Notes: generated by a model from the letters alone, not told the origin. Positions 20,722 through 29,685 are shown, counted from the first letter of the stretch. The stretch: 64,000 nucleotides of DNA from Candidatus Marinacidobacterium sp. (GCA_965220965.1 OZ244852.1:32001-96000), one strand, 5' to 3'. Program-made: numbers and translations.

Positions 20722-22407
20722 TCAGGAGTCGTCGAACGCCTTCCGGATGCCGGCCATCGCGGCCTCGCGGCCGACGGTGAACCGCAGGATCCCCTCGGCC
20801 ACGACGCCCACCGCGAGAAGCAGGATCGCCCCGCCCACGACGAGCAGCAGCGTGTTGCCCTCCTCCGCGTAGAGACCCAGGTTGTAGATCATCGCGGCGA
20901 TGGTGATGCCCAGCATGAACACCATCGGGGCCATGGCGAAGCCGAAGGGCTTCTTCCGGAAGTAGAGGTAGAGGGTCACGGTGAGCAGCGTGAGCCCGGC
21001 CATGATCTGGTTCGTCGTTCCGAACAGCGCCCACAGGGCGGTCCCGGCCGGGACGCCGCCGACCTCGAGCAGCGCGAAGAACGCGATGATGGCGACCGCG
21101 AGCACGGAGGCCACCAGGCGGTGGCTCAGCACCGGGGCCCGGATGCTCTGGCCGATCTCCTCGATGTTGTAGCGGAGGATCCGCGTCGCCGAATCGAGCG
21201 AGGTCAGCGCGAACGAGACGGTGATGAGCGCCATGAACGCCTTGCCGGCGTCGGTCGGGATCCCGATCGTCACCAGGAAGTTCGCCGAGCCGGTGATGAA
21301 GGCGTCCAGCTTCTGCGCCAGTCCGTTCGCCGCCTCCCAGCTCGCGAAGTGGGTGTGCCAGGCCTCCGAAGAGGCGAACCCGGCGGTCGTCGCGAGGACG
21401 GCGGCGAGGCCCAGGATGCTCTCCCCGATCATCCCGCCGTAGCCGATGAAGGGAGCGTGGCTCTCCCGGTCGAGCTGCTTGGCGGTCGTCCCCGAGGAGA
21501 CCAGTCCGTGGAAGCCGGACACCGCGCCGCAGGCGATCACGATGAAGACGAACGGCAGGATCGGCGGGGCCCCGACGGGCTCCGGATTGAAGGCGGGGGC
21601 GGCGAACTCGGGGTTCTGGAGGACGAAGGAGACGAAGATCCCGATGAGCCCCAGGTAGAGCAGGATCGAGTTCAGGAAGTCGCGAGGCTGGAGCAGCAGC
21701 CACACCGGGAGCACCGACGCGAGGAACGCGTAGCCGAGGAGCAGGTAGCTCCACTGGGTGACGCCGAGGTCGGGCGCGGGAAGCACGGCGCCCAGCGCGA
21801 TCGAGCCGAACATCAGGAGCGCGCCGATGGGCACCAGGATGCGCAGGGAGATCCCCCTCCGGTAGGACAGGTACCCGATGGCCACCGCCAGCAGCATGAG
21901 CGCGGTCGTCGGCGTGACCGTGCCCGGATAGAAGGCCACCGAGAACAGCGCCGCCACCACCTGCACGAAGACCCCCATCGCCAGCCCGATGAGGAAGACG
22001 ATGAGCGCGTGGAAGAGGAACTTGGCGCGCCGTCCGATGATGTCTTCGGCGATGCGGCCGATCGAGCGGCCTTTCGCCCGGATGCTGATGCAGAGCGCGG
22101 AGAAGTCGTGGACCGCGCCCACCAGCAGGGTGCCGACGACGACCCAGATCATCGCCGGGACCCAGCCCCAGATCACCGCGATGGCCGGCCCCAGCATCGG
22201 GGCGAGCCCCGCGATCGAGGCGTAGTGGTGCCCGAACAGGACGATCCGGCGGGTGGGGACGTAGTCCCGGCCGTCGCCCTGGGTGTGCGCCGGGGTCGGC
22301 CGGGAGTCGTCGAGCTCGAACGCCCGTCGCGCGATCCGGCGCGCGTAGAAGCGGTACCCGAGGAAGTAGAGGCCGAAGCAGACCAGGGTGGCCGCGAGAG
22401 GGCTCAT
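20722..22407 (-). CDS. cstA: Carbon starvation protein A family transporter (copy 1)
   Basis: TPAH...DGRDYVPT, LFGHHYASIAG, GAVHDF, LLLQPRDFLN, IACGAVSGFHGLVSSGTT, LWALFGTTNQ. Confidence 0.93.
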   Translation of the reverse strand: MSPLAATLVCFGLYFLGYRFYARRIARRAFELDDSRPTPAHTQGDGRDYVPTRRIVLFGHHYASIAGLAPMLGPAIAVIWGWVPAMIWVVVGTLLVGAVHDFSALCISIRAKGRSIGRIAEDIIGRRAKFLFHALIVFLIGLAMGVFVQVVAALFSVAFYPGTVTPTTALMLLAVAIGYLSYRRGISLRILVPIGALLMFGSIALGAVLPAPDLGVTQWSYLLLGYAFLASVLPVWLLLQPRDFLNSILLYLGLIGIFVSFVLQNPEFAAPAFNPEPVGAPPILPFVFIVIACGAVSGFHGLVSSGTTAKQLDRESHAPFIGYGGMIGESILGLAAVLATTAGFASSEAWHTHFASWEAANGLAQKLDAFITGSANFLVTIGIPTDAGKAFMALITVSFALTSLDSATRILRYNIEEIGQSIRAPVLSHRLVASVLAVAIIAFFALLEVGGVPAGTALWALFGTTNQIMAGLTLLTVTLYLYFRKKPFGFAMAPMVFMLGITIAAMIYNLGLYAEEGNTLLLVVGGAILLLAVGVVAEGILRFTVGREAAMAGIRKAFDDS

Positions 22408-22514
22408 CGGCGCGCGTCCTTTCGCTGCCGTCTTGCGGTCAGCCGACCGACACTATCAGACGGGGCGGTCGTTTCCGCCGCTTCCCGACCCCTGTTCGGG
22501 GGCCGGAACAAGGG

Positions 22515-24197
22515 TCAATCCCGGAAGGCGCGCCGGATCCCTTCGATCGCCGCTTCGCGGCCCACCGTGACCCGCAGGATCCCCTCGACGACCAGCCCCA
22601 CTCCGAGGAGGAAGATGATCCCTCCCACCGTCAGCAGCAGAAGGTTCCCCTGCTCGGCGTAGTGGCTCAGGTTGTAGATCATCGCGGCGAGGGTGATCGC
22701 GACCATGAAGACCATCGGGACCACGGCGAAGCCGAAGGGCTTCTTCCGGAAGTACAGATAGAGCGTCACCGACAGCAGGGTGAGCCCGGCCATGATCTGG
22801 TTCGTCGTCCCGAACAGCGCCCACAGCAGGGTTCCGGCGGGGACGCCGCCGACCTTCAGCAGCGCGAAGAAGCCGATGATGCCAACGGCGGCGAGCGCCG
22901 CCACGAACCGGTTGCCCAGGCCCGGGATCTTCAGGCTGTCCGCCACCTCTTCGAGGTTGTAGCGAAGGATGCGCGTCCCCGAATCCAGGGTGGTGAGCGC
23001 GAAGGAGACGGCGACCAGCGCCATGAACGCCTTGCCAGCGTCCTCGGGGATCCCGATCGTGGTGAGGAAGTTCGCCGCCCCGCTGATGTAGGCGTCGAGC
23101 TTCTGCGCCAGGCCGTCCGCGCTCTCCCAGTTGGAGTAGTGCGTGTGCCAGGCCTCGGGAGAGCGGAAACCGGCGGTCGTCGCGAGCACCGCCGACAGAC
23201 CCAGGATGCTCTCCCCGATCATGGCGCCGTACCCGACGAAGGGCGCGTGGCTCTCGCGGTCGAGCTGCTTGGCGGTCGTTCCCGAGGAGACCAGCCCGTG
23301 GAAGCCGGACACCGCTCCGCAGGCGATCACGATGAACACGAACGGGAAGATCGGCGGCGCCCCGGCGGGCTCCGGGTTGAACGCCGGCGCGGCGAACTCG
23401 GGGTTCAGGATCACGAACGAGACGAAGATCCCGATGAGCGCCAGATAGAGCAGGATCGAGTTCAGGAAGTCCCGCGGCTGGAGCAGCAGCCACACCGGGA
23501 GCACCGACGCCAGGAACCCGTAGACCAGGAGCAGCAGGATCCACTGGTCCACCGGAAGGTCGATGGCCGGCAGGACCTGGCCGAGCCAGATCGAGGCGAA
23601 CATCAGCGCCGCCCCGATGGGAACGAGCACCTTGAGCGGGAGGCCCTTGCGATAGGACAGGTATCCGATGGCGATGGCGAGCGCCATCAGCGACGCGGTG
23701 GGCGTCACCGCCTCGGGGTAGAAGACCGCGGAGAATAGTTGCGCCACGACCTGGACGAAGACGCCCAGGGTGAGCCCCACGAGGAAGACGATGAGGGCGT
23801 GGAACAGCAGCTTGGCGCGGCGGCCGATGATGTCCTCGGCGATCCGGCCGATCGACTTGCCGCGGGCGCGGATGCTGAGGACGAGCGCCGAGAAGTCGTG
23901 CACGGCGCCGATGAAGACGGCGCCCAGGACGACCCAGACGAACGCCGGGACCCAGCCCCAGATGACCGCGATCGCCGGTCCCAGCATCGGGGCGAGCCCG
24001 GCGATCGAGGCGTAGTGGTGCCCGAACAGGACCCACCGCCGGGTCGGCACATAGTCCCGGCCATCGCCCATCGCGTGCGCCGGCGTCTGCCGCGCATCGT
24101 CGAGCTGGAACGAGCGGCGGGCGATCCGCCGCGCGTAGAAGCGATACCCCAGGAAGTAAAGAACGAAGGCGGTCAGCGTGGCCGCCAGGGGACTCAT
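22515..24197 (-). CDS. cstA: Carbon starvation protein A family transporter (copy 2)
   Basis: Same CstA motifs; colinear and closely similar to copy 1. Confidence 0.93.
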   Translation of the reverse strand: MSPLAATLTAFVLYFLGYRFYARRIARRSFQLDDARQTPAHAMGDGRDYVPTRRWVLFGHHYASIAGLAPMLGPAIAVIWGWVPAFVWVVLGAVFIGAVHDFSALVLSIRARGKSIGRIAEDIIGRRAKLLFHALIVFLVGLTLGVFVQVVAQLFSAVFYPEAVTPTASLMALAIAIGYLSYRKGLPLKVLVPIGAALMFASIWLGQVLPAIDLPVDQWILLLLVYGFLASVLPVWLLLQPRDFLNSILLYLALIGIFVSFVILNPEFAAPAFNPEPAGAPPIFPFVFIVIACGAVSGFHGLVSSGTTAKQLDRESHAPFVGYGAMIGESILGLSAVLATTAGFRSPEAWHTHYSNWESADGLAQKLDAYISGAANFLTTIGIPEDAGKAFMALVAVSFALTTLDSGTRILRYNLEEVADSLKIPGLGNRFVAALAAVGIIGFFALLKVGGVPAGTLLWALFGTTNQIMAGLTLLSVTLYLYFRKKPFGFAVVPMVFMVAITLAAMIYNLSHYAEQGNLLLLTVGGIIFLLGVGLVVEGILRVTVGREAAIEGIRRAFRD

Positions 24198-24322
24198 CGC
24201 CGGCCGCCTCGCCGACGCCGAAGCGCGTGCATCCGTTCGAATTTACCAGAGGAGTCGGTTGTCCAACTCCGTTTCGACGCCCGTCGGCTGTGTAACATCG
24301 GTCGCCTTCCAGGAGGACTTTC

Positions 24323-24991
24323 ATGCGCGGCGAGATGGTTACGTTCCCGGCCAACAGCGGGGTGACGCGCGGCTACCTGTCGGCTCCGGACACTCCCGGG
24401 CCGGGGGTCCTGGTGATCCAGGAGTGGTGGGGCCTGGTGGGCCACATCCGGGAGGTGGCGGACCGGTTCGCGGCGGCCGGGTTCACTGCGCTCGCGCCGG
24501 ATCTCTTCCACGGGGAGAGCACGACCTCGCCCGACGAGGCGGGCAAGCTCTTCATGGCGCTCGAGATCGACCGCGCCGAGCAGGACCTGCGCGGCGCCGC
24601 CGACCACCTCGCCACCGTGGCGGCGGGAGACGCCGTCGGGGTCGTGGGCTTCTGCATGGGGGGCCAGCTCGCGCTGTTCGCGGCGAGCCGGTCGGAGCGG
24701 ATCGCGGCGTGTGTCGACTTCTACGGCGTCCATCCGAACGTCCAGCCCGACTACGCGGCGATCCGGTGTCCGGTCCTCGGGCTGTTCGCCGAGAAGGACG
24801 GCTTCGTGCCGCCGGCGGCGGTGGCGAAGCTGGACGCGGACCTGCGGGCGGCGGGGGTCACCGCCGAGCTCCACACCTACCCGGGGACGGACCACGCCTT
24901 CTTCAACGATGGGCGCCCCGAGGTCTACGACGCCGAAGCCGCGGCCGACGCCTGGAACCGCACGGTCGGGCATTTCCGCGCCAACCTCTGA
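24323..24991 (+). CDS. Dienelactone hydrolase family protein
   Basis: VIQEWWGL, APDLF, GFCMGG nucleophile, HAFFN. RBS AGGAGG. Confidence 0.93.
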   Translation: MRGEMVTFPANSGVTRGYLSAPDTPGPGVLVIQEWWGLVGHIREVADRFAAAGFTALAPDLFHGESTTSPDEAGKLFMALEIDRAEQDLRGAADHLATVAAGDAVGVVGFCMGGQLALFAASRSERIAACVDFYGVHPNVQPDYAAIRCPVLGLFAEKDGFVPPAAVAKLDADLRAAGVTAELHTYPGTDHAFFNDGRPEVYDAEAAADAWNRTVGHFRANL

Positions 24992-24992
24992 T

Positions 24993-25712
24993 TCAGTCGT
25001 CTGGGGAGGGCTCCCCGCGCCCCGCGTGGCGGACCCGCCGGGCGAAGGCGAGGAGCAGCCGGGCCTCGCGCTCGGTGACGCCGCGGCGTCCGAAGAGCTC
25101 CCGCCATTCGGCGAAGCGGGCCTCCGGTTTGTCCCGGTTCAGGAAACCCACCGAGAGCATGGCGTCGCGGAGGGCGGCGAGGGCGCGCTCCGCGAGCTCG
25201 CTTTCCGCCCGCGGCGGTTCCGGATCGACCGGATCCCGCCCGCCGAGGAAGATCTCGTAGGCGGCGACCATCGCGGCCTGGGCCAGGTTCAGCGACGGCT
25301 GTTGCGGGGCCGCGGGGATGCGCACCTGCCGCTGGCAGATGGCGCGCTCCTCGAGCGTCAGCCCGCTGGACTCGTTGCCGAACACCACCGCAGCGTCGCT
25401 TTCCGCGGGCAGCGCCGCGATCTCCCGTCCGAGCTCGCGCGGGGTGAGGTGGCGCACCCGGTCGCCGCCCCGGCCGCTCAGCCCGGCGACGTACCGGCAG
25501 TCGGCCACCGCCTCGGGCAGCGAGTCGAACCCGGCCGCCTGCTCCAGCATGTCCTCCGCCTGCCAGGCCATCCGGAACGCCTCCACCGTCCGCCAGTCGC
25601 CGGGCTGGACCAGCCGCACCGAGTCGAGCCCGGTGTTCGCCGCCACCCGGGCCACGGCGCCCACGTTCTCCGGCCGCCGGGGCCGGACGAGGACCAGATG
25701 AACGCGCGCCAC
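24993..25712 (-). CDS. trmJ: SPOUT RNA methyltransferase, TrmJ/LasT family
   Basis: VLVRPRRPENVGAVAR, VFGNESSGLT, SLNLAQA...YE. Confidence 0.85.
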   Translation of the reverse strand: MARVHLVLVRPRRPENVGAVARVAANTGLDSVRLVQPGDWRTVEAFRMAWQAEDMLEQAAGFDSLPEAVADCRYVAGLSGRGGDRVRHLTPRELGREIAALPAESDAAVVFGNESSGLTLEERAICQRQVRIPAAPQQPSLNLAQAAMVAAYEIFLGGRDPVDPEPPRAESELAERALAALRDAMLSVGFLNRDKPEARFAEWRELFGRRGVTEREARLLLAFARRVRHAGRGEPSPDD

Positions 25713-25746
25713 GGGACGTCAGGCGCGAGACTGTTCGCGGCGCCCC

Positions 25747-26043
25747 ATGGCTGATGACCGCCCGTTCCACGACCTGCGGAAGGTGGGCCCCGCCGGCGCC
25801 TTCTCGCTCCCGTTCCGGAAGTGGCGCGAGATCCTGTTCGTCGGCGCCATGCGTCGGGGGGAGGACGGCCTTTACCGGCGGGATCCAAACCGGCCGATGC
25901 CGCCGCTGCGCGAGCCGGACCTCTTCCCCGAAGCGGTGGCGTTCCGGGCGGAGGCGCTGCCCGATGCGGGGGCCGGCCGCGCCGATCCGAAGAACCCGCG
26001 CCGGCGGGAACGCGGCCGCATCCTCCTCACTCCGGTGAGGTGA
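25747..26043 (+). CDS. Hypothetical protein (98 aa)
   Basis: Fills the gap between trmJ and hisS; host-like codon usage; non-low-complexity sequence (FSLPFRKWREILFVGAM). Confidence 0.55.
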   Translation: MADDRPFHDLRKVGPAGAFSLPFRKWREILFVGAMRRGEDGLYRRDPNRPMPPLREPDLFPEAVAFRAEALPDAGAGRADPKNPRRRERGRILLTPVR

Positions 26044-27397
26044 CGAGCGCCGGCGCGCGGGCGAGCGGAACGGTCTGCTGCTGGCCGGTCGTCAGGTCGC
26101 GGACGGTGCACGCGCCGGCGGCCGCTTCGTCCGGGCCCAGGATGATCCCGAACCGGGTGTTCGCGGCGACCGCGCGGGCCAGTTGCTTGCCGAGGCGCAG
26201 CGGGTCCACCTGGACCTCCAGCCGGACCCCGGCGGCCCGGAGCGTCCGCGCGGCGGCGAGCGTGTCGCCGGGATCCACCCCCGGCAGCGGACACAGCACC
26301 GCCTCGGGAGCGGTTCCGCCGTCGAATTCGCCCCGTTCGCCGAGCAGCATGAGGATCCGCTCCATCCCCAGCGAAAAGCCCACCGCCGGCGTCTCGCGGC
26401 CGCTGAACATGCCGATCAGGCCGTCGTAGCGGCCGCCTCCGGCGAGCGACCCGGCGCCCCCGGCCGCCACCACCTCGAAGATCGGGCCGGTGTAGTAGCT
26501 GAGGCCCCGCGCGAGGCCGGGAGAGAAGCGCACGCTCGCCGCGTCCTCCCCGAGCGCTCCTTCCAGCGCGTCGAGCAGCGAGCCGAGGTCCCGGGCGGCC
26601 GCCCGGCCCGGTCCCTCGGGGAGCGCCCGCCCCACCGCTTCGAGGCGGTCCCGCGCCGGGGCGTCGGTGTCCTCGTCCTCCGGAATGAGCGCGAGGAGCC
26701 GCCGGGCCCGATCGGGGCCGACTTCGGGACGATCCGCCAGTTCGGCCTCGACCGCCTCGCGGCCCGCCTTCTCCAGCTTGTCGAGCGTGACCAGGGTCTC
26801 GTGCTCGTCTTCGGATTCGATCCCGGCGGCGCCGATGAGCCCCCGCAGCACCTCGCGGTGGTTCAGCAGCACGGTGAAGTCCTCGAAGCCGAGCGCCCGG
26901 AGCGTGTGGTGGAGGACGACCAGCGTCTCCGCGTCCGCCAGCAGCGAGGCGCTGCCCACGATGTCGGCGTCGCACTGGGTGAACTCCCGGAACCGGCCCC
27001 GCTGGGCGCGGTCGGCCCGCCAGACCGGCTGGATCTGATAGCGGCGAAACACAGGCGGCAGCTCCCCCCGGTACTCCGCCGCCACCCGGGCGAGCGGCAC
27101 CGTCAGGTCGTAGCGCAGCCCGAGTTCGGCGAGGTCGGACGGCTCGACCGGCGACCGGTCGAGCGCCTTCTCGAGGCGGCGGCCCCGGTGGAGGACCCGG
27201 TAGATCAGCTTGTCGCCTTCCTCGCCGTACTTGCCGAGCAGGGTCTGGAGCCGCTCCATCGCCGGCGTCTCGAGCGGCTGGAAGCCGTGGGCGGCGAAGG
27301 AGGCCTCGATCCGCCGCACCGCTTCGCGGCGGATCCCCGCCGCCGGCGGCAGGTGGTCGCGCATGCCGCTGACTGGTCTTGTGGAGACGGAGGGCAT
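26027..27397 (-). CDS. hisS: Histidine--tRNA ligase
   Basis: GMRD, ETPAME, GLRYDLTVPLAR, WRADRAQRGRFREFTQCDAD, LARGLSYYTG, GGGRYD, GFSLGMER. Confidence 0.96.
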   Translation of the reverse strand: MPSVSTRPVSGMRDHLPPAAGIRREAVRRIEASFAAHGFQPLETPAMERLQTLLGKYGEEGDKLIYRVLHRGRRLEKALDRSPVEPSDLAELGLRYDLTVPLARVAAEYRGELPPVFRRYQIQPVWRADRAQRGRFREFTQCDADIVGSASLLADAETLVVLHHTLRALGFEDFTVLLNHREVLRGLIGAAGIESEDEHETLVTLDKLEKAGREAVEAELADRPEVGPDRARRLLALIPEDEDTDAPARDRLEAVGRALPEGPGRAAARDLGSLLDALEGALGEDAASVRFSPGLARGLSYYTGPIFEVVAAGGAGSLAGGGRYDGLIGMFSGRETPAVGFSLGMERILMLLGERGEFDGGTAPEAVLCPLPGVDPGDTLAAARTLRAAGVRLEVQVDPLRLGKQLARAVAANTRFGIILGPDEAAAGACTVRDLTTGQQQTVPLARAPALVTSPE

Positions 27398-27533
27398 GGC
27401 GGAAGCGGGCGGCGCGGAGCGTAGCCGAGGCGCCCGGAACCGATCCTCGAACCGGAACAGGGTGGCGGATGCGGTCTCCGCGGCGATGCGCCACAATGGG
27501 GTTTCCGGCGCGCGCCGGCGGGAGGTTTCTGAC

Positions 27534-27878
27534 ATGCGGAGCATCCATCGCGCCCTCTTGGGGTCCGCCCTGATCCTTGGCGTCTTCGCCGCCGCCCTTC
27601 TGGCGGCGGGCGCCCAGGAGCGCACCTGGGACGGCCACATCACCGACACCATGTGCGGAAAGAGCCACATGATGGACGGCATGAGCCATCCCGAGTGCGC
27701 CATCGCCTGCCAGGAGATGGGCGCGTCGCTCGCGCTCTACGTGGCCTCCGAGGACAAGGTTTACGCCATCGCCAACCAGGAAGACGCGCAGCCGCACGCC
27801 GGGACCGACGTCGTCGTCACCGGAACCCTCGGCGACGATGGGGAGACGGTGACGATCCTGCGGATCGAGCCGCGCTGA
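27534..27878 (+). CDS. Small exported Cys/His/Met-rich OB-fold-like protein
   Basis: ATG 27534 with GGAGG RBS; signal peptide; ITDTMCGKSHMMDGMSHPECAIACQEMG, then beta-rich VVVTGTL...VTILRIE. Confidence 0.78.
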   Translation: MRSIHRALLGSALILGVFAAALLAAGAQERTWDGHITDTMCGKSHMMDGMSHPECAIACQEMGASLALYVASEDKVYAIANQEDAQPHAGTDVVVTGTLGDDGETVTILRIEPR

Positions 27879-27926
27879 CGGGGACCTCGTCCGCCGTCGC
27901 GGCGAACCGGAGGCCGCTGACCCTCG

Positions 27927-27935
27927 TGCTAGACT
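27927..27935 (+). promoter_or_regulatory. Extended -10 promoter for the rho leader
   Basis: TG-C-TAGACT, 7 nt upstream of the structured RNA. Confidence 0.55.
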
Positions 27936-27942
27936 GAAATCC

Positions 27943-28092
27943 GGACTTCGCAGGGGGACGAGACGGCTGTTCGAACGGCCGGATCGCGAGGGCCGGCGCA
28001 GAACCGGTCTCGCCGCGTGGGTCCGGGCGTCCGCCTGGACAGGCCGGATCGCCAGGCCCGAACTGGTCCCGCGGATGTTCTCCATGAAGTCC
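27943..28092 (+). ncRNA. Candidate structured RNA (ncRNA or rho leader element)
   Basis: Closing helix GGACUUCG(27943-50)/UGAAGUCC(28085-92) plus GGGGGAC(27953-59)/GUUCUCC(28077-83). Internal arms GAGAC/GUCUC and CCGCG/CGCGG. G-U pairs favour the plus strand. Confidence 0.5.
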
Positions 28093-28303
28093 TGACCGCG
28101 AGGTTCTCCGCGGCGCGGCGGCGCTTCGATGCGTCCCGCGGCGCCCCGGGCTGAACTCTGGCGCTCGCGCCTTCCGGCCGTATCTGCCGGCCCGCGTTGC
28201 CCCGGCCCCGCCCCCTTCGCTTTTTTCGACGGCGCGCCTCTGGCGCTCCGTCGCTCCCCCACTCTTCTCTGGTCGGCGTACGCCGGCCCTGGCGAAAGCC
28301 CTG

Positions 28304-29647
28304 ATGCCGAGCACGAGACACCATTCCTCCCGGCGGCGGCGGTTCTTCCCCGGACGCCGTCGCCCGTCGCCTCCCGGAGAAGACCGGCCTCGGCGGGGGC
28401 CCCGCGAAGCCCCGAAGACCGAAGACGGCGAAGGCCCGGGGAACGAACCCGAGAGCCAGGAGACGGAGGCGGCGGAAGCCGGAGCCGAGGGGACGGCCCC
28501 CGAGGTCGAGCTGGCCCGGAACGAAGTGACCGGCCTGCTGGACATCGGGCCAAGGGACCGGGGCCACCTGCGCCTCCAGGAGAACAACTTCCTGCCGCGC
28601 GCCACCGATGTCCAGGTCGCCTTCGGGGTGATCGACCGCTATCGCCTCCGCGAGGGGCACATGGTCTATGGCTACCACGCGCCTGGCCGGCGACGGGGCC
28701 GCCGGGGCGGGGCCCCGAGGCCGGAGCTCCACACCGTGCTCGAGGTCAACGGATACCCGGTGGAGGGGCTGCCTCCGCGCCGGAACTACGCCGACCTGGT
28801 GAGCGAACACCCCGCGCCCCGGATCGAGATGGCGCTCGACGAGGACGCCCCGATGTCCCTCCGCGTCGTCGACATGATCGCGCCCGTCGGGCGCGGTCAG
28901 CGCGGCCTCATCGTGGCCGCTCCCAAGACCGGCAAGACGATCCTCCTCGAGCAGATCGGAACCGCCATCGCGAAGCACTACTCCGGGATCCACCTGATCA
29001 TCCTGCTGATCGACGAGCGCCCGGAGGAAGTGACGCACATGAGGCGGTCGGTGCCCCACGCCCAGGTGGTGGCCTCCACCGCCGATAGCGGGAGCGCGGA
29101 CCACGTGCGCGTCGCCCGGATCGTGCTGGAGCAGGCCCGGCGGCTGGTGGAGATGAAGGAGGATGTGGTCATCCTGCTCGACTCGATCACCCGGCTGGGG
29201 CGGGCCGCCAACCGCGAGATGCGCGGCAAGGGCCGCACCATGAGCGGCGGCATCGACTCCCGGGCCCTCGAGTTCCCGCGCCAGTTCTTCGGCGCCGCGC
29301 GCAAGATCGAGGACGGGGGCAGCCTCACGATCCTGGGAACCGCGCTGGTGGACACCGGCAGCCAGATGGACGAGGTCATCTTCCAGGAGTTCAAGGGGAC
29401 CGGGAACATGGAGCTGGTGCTCGACCGCAAGCTGGCGGAGTCGCGGATCTTTCCGGCGATCGACATCCACCAGTCGGGCACCCGGCGGGAGGAGCTGCTG
29501 CTTCCGCCGGAGGAGCTTCCGAAGACCCACCTCCTCCGTCGCGCGCTGGGCGGCCTCAAGCCCCTCGAGGCGATGTCGCTTCTCCTCGGGCGGATGCAGC
29601 GCACGAAGAACAACCGCGAGCTCCTCGAGCGCATCCGGGTTTCCTGA
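28304..29647 (+). CDS. rho: Transcription termination factor Rho (atypical N-terminus)
   Basis: APVGRGQRGLIVAAPKTGKT, LIDERPEEVT, LDSITRLGRA, FFGAARKIEDGGSLTI, DEVIFQEFKGTGNME, SGTRREELL. Confidence 0.95.
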   Translation: MPSTRHHSSRRRRFFPGRRRPSPPGEDRPRRGPREAPKTEDGEGPGNEPESQETEAAEAGAEGTAPEVELARNEVTGLLDIGPRDRGHLRLQENNFLPRATDVQVAFGVIDRYRLREGHMVYGYHAPGRRRGRRGGAPRPELHTVLEVNGYPVEGLPPRRNYADLVSEHPAPRIEMALDEDAPMSLRVVDMIAPVGRGQRGLIVAAPKTGKTILLEQIGTAIAKHYSGIHLIILLIDERPEEVTHMRRSVPHAQVVASTADSGSADHVRVARIVLEQARRLVEMKEDVVILLDSITRLGRAANREMRGKGRTMSGGIDSRALEFPRQFFGAARKIEDGGSLTILGTALVDTGSQMDEVIFQEFKGTGNMELVLDRKLAESRIFPAIDIHQSGTRREELLLPPEELPKTHLLRRALGGLKPLEAMSLLLGRMQRTKNNRELLERIRVS

Positions 29648-29685
29648 CCGCCCCGGGTGGGCGGCGCGCGGGAGTTGCGTGCGGG

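Noticed and set aside
18884-21754. 956-aa ORF suggesting a CstA-GGT fusion
   Set aside because: The upstream part is an off-frame overlap of cstA. GGT has its own GGAGG RBS, GTG at 20710 and a signal peptide.
20722-24197. cstA duplication as an assembly artefact
   Set aside because: The copies differ at many synonymous and non-synonymous positions throughout, so this is a real, older duplication.
27943-28092. Identification of the structured RNA as 5S rRNA, SRP RNA, 6S RNA or tRNA
   Set aside because: Lacks the SRP GGAA/AGCAG domain IV motif, tRNA arms and 5S conserved blocks in the right order; it is multibranched rather than the 6S rod. Kept as unclassified.
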